Source of the DNA: Candidatus Enterousia sp.
Lineage (GTDB): Bacteria; Pseudomonadota; Alphaproteobacteria; Rs-D84
NCBI GenBank assembly: GCA_045613345.1
Contig: JAZLAT010000031.1
Location: forward strand, 50,722 to 114,721
Direction: 5' to 3'
Length of the DNA: 64,000 bases
Position 1 is the first letter of the stretch. Each line of letters starts with the position of its first letter. Below are positions 1-10,027 of the stretch, piece by piece. Both the position numbers and the translations under genes were made by a program. Below the pieces are notes generated by a model. It was given only the letters and a program-made list of their open reading frames with translations. It did no database searches and had not been told where the DNA came from.

Positions 1-174
1 GCGCGTCTGTATAAAAATGGTGGTATGACGGCAAAAGAATTGCATGTGGCGCTTGGGTATGCGCCGAATGCGACGACACATACTGTGGAAACGGCGATTT
101 ATGGGTTGCGCAAATTGTTTGGGCGTGATTTTATAAAAAATACAGATGGCAGGTTTGTAATTGGCAACATATAA
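1..174 (+). CDS. OmpR/PhoB-type winged-helix protein, C-terminal part (truncated by window edge)
   Basis: Frame 1 reads ...LGYAPNATTHTVETAIYGLRKLFG...GRFVIGNI*, which matches the trans_reg_C motif THTVETHIYRLRQK. Confidence 0.7.
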   Translation, partial: ARLYKNGGMTAKELHVALGYAPNATTHTVETAIYGLRKLFGRDFIKNTDGRFVIGNI

Positions 175-829
175 ATTATTATCTTTTGATAAAATCTCAA
201 GCACACAAACATATGCTCACGAAGCGTTGGCAAATGGGACCGCAGTCGATCATATGATAATCTGTGCGGCGGCGCAATCTGCGGGACGTGGGCGATATCG
301 GCGTCGTTGGGTGTCACATCATGGAAATTTATACGCAAGTTTTGTCTTTGGTTGCGAAGAACGCGATCCGCGCTTGTCTTATGCGGTTGCGGTTGCAATT
401 GCGGATACATTGGCCGCGTATGGCATGTCGCCACAAATAAAATGGCCAAATGATATCTTGGTTGATGGCAAAAAAATATCGGGTGTATTAATTGAATATT
501 CTGGTCGATTTGTTATCATTGGAATCGGAATAAATGTGCATACAAATCCAACGGTTGCTGAATATAAAACAACCAAGATGGATGATTATGTAAAAGATGT
601 TGAATTGTCCGAATTGCTTTCGCGTCTTGCCAAGAACATAGACAAATGTATGAATTCTGATTTTGATTCTGTGCGCCGCAGATGGATGGATATGGCGATG
701 GGATTAAACCGGCTGGTAAAATATCGTGGCGAATGGGTTGAATTGATTGGTATAAACGATTCTGGCTCACTTGTTGTACGTTCTGGGCCGGAATATTTCC
801 ATATTCATGGTGACGAGATTTTGATTTAA
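161..829 (+). CDS. birA: Biotin--[acetyl-CoA carboxylase] ligase
   Basis: SSTQ, QSAGRGR, GNLYAS, IKWPND and KKISGVLIE motifs. Confidence 0.95.
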   Translation: MATYKLLSFDKISSTQTYAHEALANGTAVDHMIICAAAQSAGRGRYRRRWVSHHGNLYASFVFGCEERDPRLSYAVAVAIADTLAAYGMSPQIKWPNDILVDGKKISGVLIEYSGRFVIIGIGINVHTNPTVAEYKTTKMDDYVKDVELSELLSRLAKNIDKCMNSDFDSVRRRWMDMAMGLNRLVKYRGEWVELIGINDSGSLVVRSGPEYFHIHGDEILI

Positions 830-978
830 TCGTTTATGGATTGTGGTATAAAAGTTATTTTTAAACGCGCCGTATTTTTAAGATGTTTGTATGTTATGAA
901 TGATAAGTCACGGCAAAAAATTGTAAAAGCTTTAATAAGCTGATGTGATATCTGTTTAAATATTCTTTTTCTATCAAC

Positions 979-997
979 CGACATACGGATTAACAGT
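979..997. repeat. 19-bp direct repeat (att-like, derived from a tRNA-Asn anticodon arm), left copy
   Basis: CGACATACGGATTAACAGT is identical to 7254-7272. Confidence 0.8.
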
Positions 998-1443
998 ACC
1001 TTCCAAAAGCCTCAAAATCGACTTGTGTAAATCGGCTGTAAGCCACGGCTACTGCGGCTTACGGCGATTTTATAATGTCAAAAAATTGCCCTCAAAATTT
1101 TATTGATATAGCTTCGGTATAAAAAGTATTTTGTACTTTCGTGGCGCTAAATAGAAATAAATCAAAATGTATCCAATTTTTTCAGCGCATAATTTTAATT
1201 TTTACGGAAAGTTTTTACGCAATCGTTTTTACATGTACAACTTCCGTACGTAGCATAAAAATCAAGACGTTGCAATATATTGTATGATGTAGTTTGATAA
1301 CGATAAATTTTTCTTGCCGGTATAATTTGCAAAAAATCCGTATAAAAATGTATAATTCTCGGTATAATGAAAATGGTATATGCAATGTATATCTTTTCTC
1401 AAATTTGCAAATATAATGAATATATAAAAACAGTTATGGATGT

Positions 1444-2202
1444 TTGCGTGAAATCTGTTTGAACTTTTTATCTTTGTTTGATAGGATTACAAGTATGAGA
1501 AAGCTAATTGGTTTTTTGTCAGCATTATTTCCAAAAAGATATGACTATGCGTATGGTCATGTTTTCTGGCCTAAAAGACATGACGAAAGATTAGATGAAA
1601 TAACATCTGAAGAACGAGGAACAGAGTCAGAACGGGATTTGATAAGTTCATTACTTGATTATGGTATTTCACCGAAAGCAATATTTCATGATTTGTATGT
1701 AAAAAATGGCAAATACGGTTTTTCACAGATAGATATCGTTGTCGCAACAAAAGTTGGTTTGATTGTATTTGAAGTTAAAGACTACTCTGGATGGATTTTT
1801 GGTAAAGGGCGACAAAATCAATGGACACAAGTTTTGAATTATGGAAATCAAAAAAATAGATTTTACAATCCTGTGTTGCAAAATGATTCCCATATAAAAG
1901 TACTACAAAAGCAGTCAAAACAATTTAAAGATTTGCCGTTTTATTCGGTCGTTGTTTTTGATGGTAATTGCGAGTTGCGTGATATTAGTTTTATTCCAGA
2001 TGGAACGTTTGTTATAAAACCCCACAGATTAGATGATGTGTTAGATATAATTTTTGATAATGAAGATGCAAAATACACAGATAAACGTGAGGTAATACGA
2101 ATTTTAAAGGCAGCTGTTAACAACGGAACTAGTTCAGACACACAAACTGAACATGTTGAGAATGTTAGGGATATGTTGGGTAAGAATAGAGTACTAGATT
2201 AA
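1444..2202 (+). CDS. NERD-domain nuclease-related protein
   Basis: SQIDIVV...GLIVFEVKDYSGWIFG...W...FYNPVLQN..HI signature. The start may be the ATG at 1495. Confidence 0.9.
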   Translation: MREICLNFLSLFDRITSMRKLIGFLSALFPKRYDYAYGHVFWPKRHDERLDEITSEERGTESERDLISSLLDYGISPKAIFHDLYVKNGKYGFSQIDIVVATKVGLIVFEVKDYSGWIFGKGRQNQWTQVLNYGNQKNRFYNPVLQNDSHIKVLQKQSKQFKDLPFYSVVVFDGNCELRDISFIPDGTFVIKPHRLDDVLDIIFDNEDAKYTDKREVIRILKAAVNNGTSSDTQTEHVENVRDMLGKNRVLD

Positions 2203-2219
2203 ATGTTGAGTGTGATTAT

Positions 2220-2666
2220 ATGATAGATACATTAACTTTTTTACAACAAAATGCTACATGGATTTGTGGTTTTGGGATGCTTATTTTTGCTGGTGTGCAA
2301 GTTTGGTTAATGTTCGCGCAAGGGCGTCAACAATTACGATTAAAACGTTTAGAATTGGTTCAGCAATTAGATGAAGTTGCTTTTGACTTTGATGGCACGA
2401 GAGATACAGCCATAAAAGTTCAAGAGTGGCTTGGTAGACGCCAAGGTATTTGTGCATTATTATTGAAAAAGAAAGACGCAAAAGCTATAGAAAGGTTGTT
2501 TTCGTATCTAGTCGAACTTCGTAGTGATTTGAGGCCAATAAGCGCAGAATGTGCACTTGAACGTATACAAAAGTTTAATACTCTCGTAAATGACGTTACC
2601 AGATGTTTAGGGACAGCCAGGTATGGATTTACAAAAGAAAATATGCCTAAAGAGAACAAGAAATAA
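2220..2666 (+). CDS. Hypothetical protein with N-terminal transmembrane helix
   Basis: 148-aa ORF, hydrophobic at residues ~14-33. Confidence 0.6.
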   Translation: MIDTLTFLQQNATWICGFGMLIFAGVQVWLMFAQGRQQLRLKRLELVQQLDEVAFDFDGTRDTAIKVQEWLGRRQGICALLLKKKDAKAIERLFSYLVELRSDLRPISAECALERIQKFNTLVNDVTRCLGTARYGFTKENMPKENKK

Positions 2667-2750
2667 ACTGTCTACGTTCTATTACTTGTATTTCGAATTA
2701 TTTTGCATCTGTTGTTCTTTTAGTATTGCATAACACAATATATTAAAATG

Positions 2751-3827
2751 TCACACTAAATCTATATCTTCACCCAAAATGAAGTCTTCATATGTTAAAT
2801 TTGATACGATTTTAAGTGTTTGTAGCTTTGCGCCCATAGGAGAAATGTTTTTATCCAATTGTAGTATGGACTCTAAGATTTTCAAAGCATACGATTGATA
2901 ATTACCGCATATTTTCAATTTCTTTATAGCATCATTGCAGTTGTAAATTCTATAAACGCAATATTTATTGGGAGTATTAGCTATAAAACTAAGTTCTTGT
3001 AGACTAAATACGATAGGTTGGTTGAATGTCGAAGAAGTGGTTTTTACGTCAATATATGTTATATCACCAGCTTCTTGAATCGAGAAGTCATATGGCAACC
3101 CACTTTCTCCATCTCTATTAAACCAAGTAAAATTTTCTATTTCTCCGTTGGTCATTTTTGTAGATAAGTAACTGTCTATAAGTTCTTCACCAGAACGGCC
3201 TAATTTTTCAAAGATTTTTTCTGCCCTTTTTATGTCATAAGGTCTATACCTTCTTGCTCTCGGTGAGAAGCCCAAAGTAACAGTTGTTTCCACATCTCTG
3301 ATAATCTCTTTCCCGTTATCGTTTACAATTCTCTCTAAATAACTCATCAGAGGGGTAAAGTATGTATCTGTGTTAGTAATTCTGTTCTTTACGCCAGGCT
3401 GCAGAGAGATCCCCATAGATGTTATTTGTTGAAATGTGTCGGATTGGTCGTTAAACAAAAAAAATACCGGTTGTTCACTTTTTAATCCGAACCAAAACAA
3501 ATACCAATCTTTGATATCTGGATTGTTTTTGCTAATTTCTCTAACTGTAGATACTATCGAAACGACACCTGTGCCACCAGTACTAATTTTAGGACTATTA
3601 TAGTCGCCATTTTCTCTTAATATGCGATCAAATTTCACGGTCATTGTATCGCATCTGTTTTCATAAATTAGAAGAGCGTCATCTATTTCTTTGTTGTGTG
3701 GTAAATATGTAAGTACATCATCAAACAAGCCTATATGCGTTTGATGAGATCTTGGACTTCTGCCCAAATCAGCATCTGTTAAGTGCTTATATCCAATTCT
3801 TCCCTCATCATGTATCTCAAAGAACAT
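2751..3827 (-). CDS. DUF3883 (NOV C-terminal, PD-(D/E)xK) putative restriction endonuclease
   Basis: C-terminal LGRSGEE...GESGLPYDF...YIDVKTT...FSLQE...VYRI; lies directly downstream of two C5-MTases. Confidence 0.75.
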   Translation of the reverse strand: MFFEIHDEGRIGYKHLTDADLGRSPRSHQTHIGLFDDVLTYLPHNKEIDDALLIYENRCDTMTVKFDRILRENGDYNSPKISTGGTGVVSIVSTVREISKNNPDIKDWYLFWFGLKSEQPVFFLFNDQSDTFQQITSMGISLQPGVKNRITNTDTYFTPLMSYLERIVNDNGKEIIRDVETTVTLGFSPRARRYRPYDIKRAEKIFEKLGRSGEELIDSYLSTKMTNGEIENFTWFNRDGESGLPYDFSIQEAGDITYIDVKTTSSTFNQPIVFSLQELSFIANTPNKYCVYRIYNCNDAIKKLKICGNYQSYALKILESILQLDKNISPMGAKLQTLKIVSNLTYEDFILGEDIDLV

Positions 3828-3836
3828 ATTATCTCC

Positions 3837-4907
3837 TTATGATAATTTCCAGATTACAAACAGATAGTATAAAATTGCATAAACAGTATTAACACTGACC
3901 GCATTGCCGGCTTGTTTATATAATTGATGATTGCTTATGCCAGCATTTTTTGCATTTGAATAGAAATCTTCACTAAATCCCTGTAACAAGAAAGCTTCTT
4001 TTGGTGTTATTTTTCTTATGCGTTTTCGGATCAGATCTTGCTTAGTAAAAGTTTTAGAAAGGTAGGTTTCTGGATCGTCTATAAAGTCTTGGCTATAATA
4101 ATTATCTTGACAAGCCCTATGCATTTTAACCATTGTAGCAGTTAAAGGCTTAGCAATTAACTGGTTTATTTCAGATTTTGATTTAAAATTTTTTGTGCCA
4201 TCCGACAATATTGTTGGCTTAAGAATATCAGATAAGAAAAATTTGTCTTCAACGTTTTTTTCTAAAATATCCAAGACATTTTTCTGTCTCAATATAGAAT
4301 CGCATCCTATGGCATCAATAAAACTTTTGCGTACTGCTTCCGCCGAAAAAACAAATTTATTTGGCAATTTTTTACGGGAAGCAAAGATATATACTCGGTT
4401 TCTTGTTTGAGCTAATCCGAAATCTGCGGTATTAAAAATATCATAGTAGATATATGGATATCCAGCGGACTTTATGAAGTCCAACACTGTTTTGAACGTA
4501 TCGCCTTTATTATGACTGATAAGATTACGAACATTTTCAAGTAATATAAAACTAGGTTTTTTTTCTTTAATTATATCAATAATTTGAAAAAACACATTGC
4601 CTCGCATATCTTTGAAGCCTTTTTGTTTTCCCATCATACTAAATGACTGACAAGGAAAGCCACCCGTCAAGATATCGAACTTTTTTAGTTTTTTGAGATT
4701 ATTAGGGCTATTAACAAATGCCACTATGTCACCCATTTCCAAATTGTCTGACACATCAAAGTTTGCTTTATATGTTTTGGTTGCATTAGCGTCTATTTCA
4801 GAAAAACCCACACAAGGAAACTCTAGATTATGGTCTAATCCAACAAGATCAAACGCCCGTCTAAAACCACCAATGCCCGAGAATAATTCTAAATGTTTGA
4901 TAGCCAT
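3837..4907 (-). CDS. DNA (cytosine-5) methyltransferase
   Basis: LFSGIGG, GFPCQ, ENV, QTRNRVY and KQAGNAV motifs; start MAIKHLELF at 4907. Confidence 0.95.
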   Translation of the reverse strand: MAIKHLELFSGIGGFRRAFDLVGLDHNLEFPCVGFSEIDANATKTYKANFDVSDNLEMGDIVAFVNSPNNLKKLKKFDILTGGFPCQSFSMMGKQKGFKDMRGNVFFQIIDIIKEKKPSFILLENVRNLISHNKGDTFKTVLDFIKSAGYPYIYYDIFNTADFGLAQTRNRVYIFASRKKLPNKFVFSAEAVRKSFIDAIGCDSILRQKNVLDILEKNVEDKFFLSDILKPTILSDGTKNFKSKSEINQLIAKPLTATMVKMHRACQDNYYSQDFIDDPETYLSKTFTKQDLIRKRIRKITPKEAFLLQGFSEDFYSNAKNAGISNHQLYKQAGNAVSVNTVYAILYYLFVIWKLS

Positions 4908-6022
4908 TTTAAAATGCTCCTTCCAATGGATTCTGCTAATTTGACGGGAACAGCATTTCCAACTTGATGGTACCAACTGTTCTGAGGGCCGGTTAAGATG
5001 AAATCGTCGGGAAATGTCTGAACTCTAGCCGCTTCACGAGGTGACAGTCCGCGAGATTGTTCGGGATGAATATACATATTACAATCATACTTCATATGAG
5101 ATGTTATAGTTTTGCATGGTGCAGAATATTTTAACTTGAAATATTTATCTTTAAATATACCATTGCGTTTTTTATACGGCATTATGTCCGCTATGGATTC
5201 ATGCAAAGAATTTTCACCTTGAGGTAAACGCGAAAATATTTCTATGTCTCTATCATTATTATATCTGTTTTTATGGTTATATAATTTATTTACAGTTCGA
5301 CCATTGTTAATAAATTTATAAAATGGTGTTTTTTTATAAACAAAATCCCGTTCTACAAACCCGATTTCTTCATTTTCGCGCTTTGAATCATTTTTTATCC
5401 TATTTGGTGATAATGCAGGTAAATCGGCGATAGCATCAGATAAAGAGAATGAACGTTTTTTGGGGTTCATAATATCATCAAATATTTTCTTTGATTTTAC
5501 ACCAATTCGGTTTCCTATAATAATTAGTCTTTCGCGCGTTTGTGGTACACCAAAATCCACAGCCTTTAATACAGCATAAGCAATATCATAATCTTGACCA
5601 ACAATGCGTTTAAAGTCATCAATTATTTCATCAATTTTGTTAAGCATCCCTTTCACATTTTCCATGACAAAAAATTTAGGACGCGTAAAAGCGACGAACT
5701 TTAAATATTCACGGTATAACGTGTTACGCGGATCATTAAATAATCTTTGTCGGTTCGCATTAGAAAAACCTTGGCAAGGAGGTCCGCCGCAAACCAAGTC
5801 TAAGTTTTTAAGAACGTTTTTATAGTTATCTAAATTCTTATTTAATTCACATATGTCACCCACAAAATAAGAACCTCGATCAAGTGGCAAATTTGTCAAA
5901 TATGTTTTTGCGCATACGGGATCAATTTCATTCATGAAAACATGCTTAAAACCAGCCTGTTTTAACCCCAGACTTAATCCTCCGCAACCAGCAAATAAAT
6001 CCGCAAAAACATATTGTTGCAC
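4889..6022 (-). CDS. DNA (cytosine-5) methyltransferase
   Basis: LFAGCGG, GPPCQ, ENV, PQTRER, REAARVQTFPD and QVGNAVP motifs. Confidence 0.95.
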   Translation of the reverse strand: MQQYVFADLFAGCGGLSLGLKQAGFKHVFMNEIDPVCAKTYLTNLPLDRGSYFVGDICELNKNLDNYKNVLKNLDLVCGGPPCQGFSNANRQRLFNDPRNTLYREYLKFVAFTRPKFFVMENVKGMLNKIDEIIDDFKRIVGQDYDIAYAVLKAVDFGVPQTRERLIIIGNRIGVKSKKIFDDIMNPKKRSFSLSDAIADLPALSPNRIKNDSKRENEEIGFVERDFVYKKTPFYKFINNGRTVNKLYNHKNRYNNDRDIEIFSRLPQGENSLHESIADIMPYKKRNGIFKDKYFKLKYSAPCKTITSHMKYDCNMYIHPEQSRGLSPREAARVQTFPDDFILTGPQNSWYHQVGNAVPVKLAESIGRSILKWLSNI

Positions 6023-6204
6023 GAAAATTCCTTACCTTGCCTAAGTATTATAACATACTATAAATTAAATTATAAGATAAAATCAAGGGGTTTTGTGATT
6101 GATTTTTGCTTCAAATATGTCACAATGAATCGTGAGACGAGTTACAGTGCGTACGTTTAAAATTAGTGGTTGCACTGGTGAACTTGTGAGGAGAATGATG
6201 CGGC

Positions 6205-6603
6205 ATGTCTTTATTTGTTGGTAATTATGAAACATTTTATAAATTTATTGATGGTTATGCCAGAAATAAAACACTGTCTTTGACTCGTAAACATAAATCA
6301 GGTGTATGTGCATGTTGTGGAACAAAAGAAGCAGAAATTCAGTCTGCACACAAACGCGGAAGTGAACGTGTGGATTTAGTAAGAAAGCTTTTTAATGCAT
6401 CTGTTTTAAAAACAGAAAAGGGCGAATTTTTTGTTGATTTAGATAAATTTGAGAAACTATTCATAGATTTTACTTCGGACATGTCAAATTTTCATTTTCT
6501 TTGCGGTTCTTGTCATACAAAATACGATAAAGGTGAAATAACGGAACACGATTTCAAATATAAGTCAGAAAGTTTAAAAAAATTAAATAAAATAAGAAAA
6601 TAG
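6205..6603 (+). CDS. HNH-like zinc-binding protein
   Basis: CACCG...SAH...NFHFLCGSCHTKYD pattern. Confidence 0.55.
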   Translation: MSLFVGNYETFYKFIDGYARNKTLSLTRKHKSGVCACCGTKEAEIQSAHKRGSERVDLVRKLFNASVLKTEKGEFFVDLDKFEKLFIDFTSDMSNFHFLCGSCHTKYDKGEITEHDFKYKSESLKKLNKIRK

Positions 6604-7226
6604 GTTTATATTTTTGCCTCCCCAGATGTTTGTATGTTGTGCAGGTATAACAATTGTATAAATGACATACGGAGTAGCATTCAGTGTGTCATTAGAAAAA
6701 AGAAGATCAATAAGTGGCAGATTTCAGCTGTGTATAAACAATGTATAAAAATGTATAAATATTTTGGCATCAAAAATCGTTCGTTGTATCCCAAAATGTA
6801 TCCAAAAAATACATCAATTTGATCTGGTATAAACAAAATCGTATAAAAAATGTAAAATTCCGTATGATAGTTAAAAACAAAAAACCCAGAAATCCGGACT
6901 TTTTTGCGCTACTGACACACGGACTAGCATTTTGCGCGCTTTTGCAATATAACCTATTGATTTTTGTGTGAAAACAGCTGTTTTTTACAAGTGACACACG
7001 GACGAGTAGTCCGTGTGTCGGTGTGTTGCGAATCTTTTGAAAGCCTTGCTGGCATTGGTGTTGCGCTTGTTGGTACAACAGGCCAAAAATCCTGGTATAA
7101 TCATAGTATAAATTTGTGTAAAAAATGTATAATTTTGGGGTCATTTTTGGCCTTTTTGGGCCTTTTATACCGGAACAAGTTGCCGCAGCAAAAGTAAAGA
7201 AAAACCGCAGAAATCTGCGGAAAATC

Positions 7227-7273
7227 TGGCTCGGGCAGTTGGACTCGAACCAACGACATACGGATTAACAGTT
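7227..7273 (-). pseudogene. 3' half of a tRNA-Asn(GTT), att-site remnant containing the right 19-bp repeat
   Basis: Reverse complement AACTGTTAATCCGTATGTCGTTGGTTCGAGTCCAACTGCCCGAGCCA gives anticodon loop, T-arm and CCA; there is no D-arm or 5' acceptor strand. Confidence 0.85.
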
Positions 7274-7464
7274 ATAAGAATTCCGGACAAAAAATCGCCC
7301 GAAAGCCGCAGAAATCAGCCGTTTTTTAATTTTGCGAGACACGCGGATTGCTAGTTGAGTTCTTGGGGTTTTGTATTCAAATAAAGGCACGGCGTTAAAA
7401 ACGATCTTTGTCAAAGCAAATACCTAAAAACATTATGATATAACCGCCCAAACGGGCGGTTTTC

Positions 7465-8475
7465 TTAATTCTGTATTCCGGATATGCCTTTTCTACATAA
7501 TTCGGCATAGATCGGCTTATCAAGACCGTATGCTTTTATCAGTGTGCTGGGTGTTTGACTGCACCAGAGATCTCGATACGACACAATGTTGTTTTTAACT
7601 GTTTTTATCAGCCCGCTGGGCAATTCGCTACGTCCGATGCACGAAGAGAGAAAAACGAAACATTCGTCGTTGTCGACCAAATTTTCGCATGCCAGAATAC
7701 GGGCATAGATATTAAGGGTCAAATCTGCCTTGCTGGCGTCCTTGGTCCACGGGCTGCCACCACCAATCGGGCAAGCGGCGGAATAAAAATCGCACGCCAA
7801 TTTTCGCCCTGTAATGCCGCAGTCTGCGATGGAACTGTGATAAGTATACTGTCCGGTGCCGTTTACAATGATGTGCTCCGGTCTTTCACCTAATACAGAT
7901 ACGATCAAATCCGTCAGGTCTTTGCCCTTTAACATCGGTATTGCCACAATAGCCGTTTCAATTCGGTCATCATTAAGGGTAATTTGAGTTTTGATGTCCA
8001 GACCCAGATTATCGGATCGGCGTGCCACCGTGTACAAGGCATCGTTCAGCTTTCGTGCAAGGAATAATTCCCGATTTATCTTCCCTTCGCCTTGGGCAGC
8101 ATAGCCAACAAACACACCTTGATCGCCCCAGCCGTCATGATTGACACCCTGTGCAATGTCAGTGGATTGTACGCCGATCATATTGATAACCTTGATGTGC
8201 GCCGGCTCAATGGCATAGTTGCCCCATATAGATGCGTAACGTTCATCATAGCCTATCTTTGATAGGGCAGACTTAACATATACGGTCAAATCGCCGAGGT
8301 CGGCAGAAGTGGTGACTTCACCACCAAGGACAACGGTATTATCCTTGATCATCACTTCAACGGCGTACCTTGTATGTGGGTCTTGTTCGATTAACCGATC
8401 CAAGATATAACTTGAAATGTAATCGGCGATTTTATCTGGGTGTCCCAATGACACCGCTTCGGCTGTTCTTTGCAT
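7465..8475 (-). CDS. metK: S-adenosylmethionine synthetase (short, divergent)
   Basis: AEAVSLGHPDK, GWGDQG, DCGITGRK and GGGSPWTKDASKAD motifs. Confidence 0.85.
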   Translation of the reverse strand: MQRTAEAVSLGHPDKIADYISSYILDRLIEQDPHTRYAVEVMIKDNTVVLGGEVTTSADLGDLTVYVKSALSKIGYDERYASIWGNYAIEPAHIKVINMIGVQSTDIAQGVNHDGWGDQGVFVGYAAQGEGKINRELFLARKLNDALYTVARRSDNLGLDIKTQITLNDDRIETAIVAIPMLKGKDLTDLIVSVLGERPEHIIVNGTGQYTYHSSIADCGITGRKLACDFYSAACPIGGGSPWTKDASKADLTLNIYARILACENLVDNDECFVFLSSCIGRSELPSGLIKTVKNNIVSYRDLWCSQTPSTLIKAYGLDKPIYAELCRKGISGIQN

Positions 8476-8791
8476 GTTTTACTCCTTTGGTTTTTTGCAT
8501 TAGAACCAAAGGTGGATTGCGGCGTTGTACCACGCATTGCGAATGTTAAAAAAAACAGGGAATAGCATATAACAACTCCTTTTTTAGTCCATTTATAAGG
8601 CAGGACAAGTCAGGTTAAATCCACCTTTATAGACTTGGATTATATCAATTTTTGCCAAAAAATCAAGGCCAAAACTATAAACAGGGGCGGTCGCGGCAAT
8701 CGGGAATGCGTTGATATTGAAAATTCTTTTGATTAAGCCATACAAAATACTTGACTTATGTGGTTCAGGGGTATATTATATGCGCTGTCAT

Positions 8792-8867
8792 TCCGGCATA
8801 GCTCAGTCGGTAGAGCACTTGACTGTTAATCAAGGTGTCACTGGTTCGAGTCCAGTTGCCGGAGCCA
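8792..8867 (+). tRNA. tRNA-Asn(GTT)
   Basis: 76-nt cloverleaf TCCGGCA...CTGTTAA...GGTTCGAGTCC...TGCCGGAGCCA with an upstream TTGACT/TATATT promoter. Confidence 0.97.
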
Positions 8868-8986
8868 CAGTTTACACCGTTCCCAAAAGGAGCGGTTTTT
8901 CTTTGGGTTTCTGGGCTTTTTGTGTTTCGATAATTCCATTTTAAAAATCGTCATTTTTTAAGCATTATTGAACTCTTTAATAAAAA
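8862..8986 (+). repeat. ~120-bp imperfect direct repeat (tRNA 3' end, terminator and trailer), copy 1
   Basis: Shares TTTGGGTTTCTGGGCTTTTTGTGTTTCGATAATT and flanks with 9905-10027. Confidence 0.8.
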
Positions 8987-9152
8987 GCCCTGAAGTCCAT
9001 TTGTTTTTTTGTTGTGATTAATAGTAGTAAAAAACATCTTTTTATGATACAATGCGATGATAATAGTACGGAGAATGGAGTGTGCATTGAACACTTTTAT
9101 CAATAAACCCTGAATATTTTATCTGGTAAAATTGCTGGCAGGAGAGAAATAA

Positions 9153-9797
9153 ATGAAACGATATTTTTTTACATTGCTTGGTTGTTTTTTGTCTATGGAT
9201 GTATTTGCAACCACAATATCGATATTCTCAAAACCGAATTGTTCTTTATGTAATGAAGCAAAAAAGTTTATTTTAAATCAAGCCATTGATGGATATACGA
9301 CAGTAACAGTTAATGTTGTTGACGTATCCGAAACGGATAACAAAAGTTTATATGCTCGGACACTAGATGTTTGCAAACTTACAGAACCGGTACAATTTCC
9401 AGTGATATTGTTTAACACGACATGTTTAACTGGTTTTAATGAAGCTAATAAAACTTTTATACGTAATAATTCTCAGATTACTAACACTACACAAAATTCA
9501 GAGCAATCAAAAGCATATTCGGCTAAAAACATTAAAGACGAATGGTCAAAAAACTCATTTGCGTTTGAGAAAGAGTATGAGAATAAACCAATCCGGATAA
9601 GAGGTAAAATCGTTTATATTTGGTCAAACGGAATGGTTGGATTGGCAACAAATAGCTCTTTACCAGAAGTCAAATGTACTTTCAAAAACACCGATGTTGT
9701 GTTGAATTTATCAATGGATCAAGCGATTGAGGTAGAATGCGTTTCAGAATCTGGAGGTATGCTCTACCCAGATTTTACAAGTTGTGTTTTAAAGTAA
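9153..9797 (+). CDS. Secreted protein with glutaredoxin-like CxxC domain and C-terminal OB-fold (tRNA_anti-like)
   Basis: Signal peptide; FSKPNCSLC; YENKPIRIRGKIV...VKC.F. Confidence 0.6.
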   Translation: MKRYFFTLLGCFLSMDVFATTISIFSKPNCSLCNEAKKFILNQAIDGYTTVTVNVVDVSETDNKSLYARTLDVCKLTEPVQFPVILFNTTCLTGFNEANKTFIRNNSQITNTTQNSEQSKAYSAKNIKDEWSKNSFAFEKEYENKPIRIRGKIVYIWSNGMVGLATNSSLPEVKCTFKNTDVVLNLSMDQAIEVECVSESGGMLYPDFTSCVLK

Positions 9798-9904
9798 ATA
9801 AACGGCTCGTAAAGGGCCGTTTATTTTTTTATACAAATTCCTCGTATGCGATGTTGTTCTGGTCTGTCTATTGGATTTTCTGCCCGATATGAACAAGGTG
9901 ATTC

Positions 9905-10027
9905 GAGCCATAAATTACACCGCTCTTTTTGGGGCGGTTTTTGTTTGGGTTTCTGGGCTTTTTGTGTTTCGATAATTTAAATTTAAAAATTGTACTTTGT
10001 TGGATATTATCGCACTCTTTAATAAAA
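9905..10027 (+). repeat. ~120-bp imperfect direct repeat, copy 2
   Basis: GAGCCA, then hairpin ACCGCTC/GGGCGGT, then the shared trailer. Confidence 0.8.

Larger units (their letters stand above)
979..7272. mobile_element. AT-rich defence island bounded by tRNA-Asn-derived direct repeats; no integrase visible
   Basis: 19-bp direct repeats, lower GC than the flanks, and NERD/MTase/DUF3883/HNH cargo. Confidence 0.7.

Noticed and set aside
6634-7197. ORFs 6634-6822, 6770-7144 and 6964-7197
   Set aside because: Low-complexity AT-rich repeat region; overlapping frames with no protein motifs.
7227-7273. Second functional tRNA-Asn
   Set aside because: The 5' acceptor strand and D-arm are absent.
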